Source of the DNA: Octopus vulgaris
Taxonomy: Eukaryota
Reading direction: 5' to 3'
DNA: 64,000 nt
Assembly: GCA_951406725.2 (NCBI GenBank)
Contig: OX597815.1
Location: forward strand, 178,498,001 to 178,562,000
This document shows, in pieces, positions 63,249 through 64,000 of this stretch. Position 1 is the stretch's first letter. Every line of letters starts with the position of its first letter. The notes beneath the pieces are model-generated. The model did not search any database and was not told where the DNA came from. It saw only the letters and a list, made by a program, of their open reading frames with translations. The translations under genes and the position numbers were made by a program.

Positions 63249-64000
63249 TTCTAACGAAATTGAACTTTGGTTGGTGATCTCAGCAGCAACTGTGAGATTC
63301 ATTCGCTCAAAAAACCGCCTTTCCATCTTTAATCCTCTTTTCTTGTTATTTAGATCTATATTCGAAGCTTTATGCTCATTGTAAATGTCAACGTTCTCCA
63401 CTTGCCACTACTACTGCTACTACCACTACTACTACTACTACTACTACTTGTTTCAGTTGTTTCGAATAATGTTATTAGGCCAGAAATTTCGGTGCCGGAG
63501 CAACATTGTGTTTATCGGTGCACGAAAGCTTAAAGACACTTATGGACCCCGGAAGGGTTTCTGTCACAAACACAAGAATAGATATTTGGAGGATGGGCGG
63601 GTGGGGGTGGGGCTGTTGTTTATATCGACTGCTTCTACATTTCCTCGGTTCCTGAACGATGAAACGCAAAATTGAGCACAACAAGATTTTTACCCAGAAA
63701 ACAAACAACACGAATGGACACGACAAGACATTTTATGAGGTCACTCTAACAATTCTGTGAATGAAGCGTCTTCAAATACAATAATAGGATGACCTGACAT
63801 AAATAAAAGCTATTTTAGAAATATATATATATATATATTTGATTTGATTGACTTTAGTGTCTGATGCGTGTTAAAAGCGAAAATTACAAAAATTTGGTAC
63901 TGCAGCTTTCTTCGTGGCCTCGCCTGATTTGGAGTCTTAAAACCAGACACAAGCTTTCATGTACAATGCGCCAGTCAATAAGGTATATTTGCTTCCACCA

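Overview
AT-rich eukaryotic DNA, dense in microsatellites and transposons. The repeat repertoire points to a coleoid cephalopod, probably Octopus (inferred, not proven). I find no intact host gene, rRNA, true tRNA or CRISPR array. Most ORF-track calls are microsatellite artefacts. Recognisable content: at least four tRNA-derived SINE families (one with a Deu/Nin-type core that often occurs as precise multimers), decayed R4/Dong-type, Tx1/L1-type and CR1 LINEs, a rosa/mariner-like transposase relic, a Tigger-like MITE, non-autonomous Helitron ends and several fold-back elements. The most interesting signal is a set of small non-coding elements carrying minimal type-I hammerhead-ribozyme motifs of the Penelope/retrozyme kind. 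One family has a tRNA-derived Pol III head; others show inverted or partial-tandem ends and sit against (TA)n. A second highlight is an RLE-LINE family whose ends all lie in or beside (CATA)n-type microsatellite.
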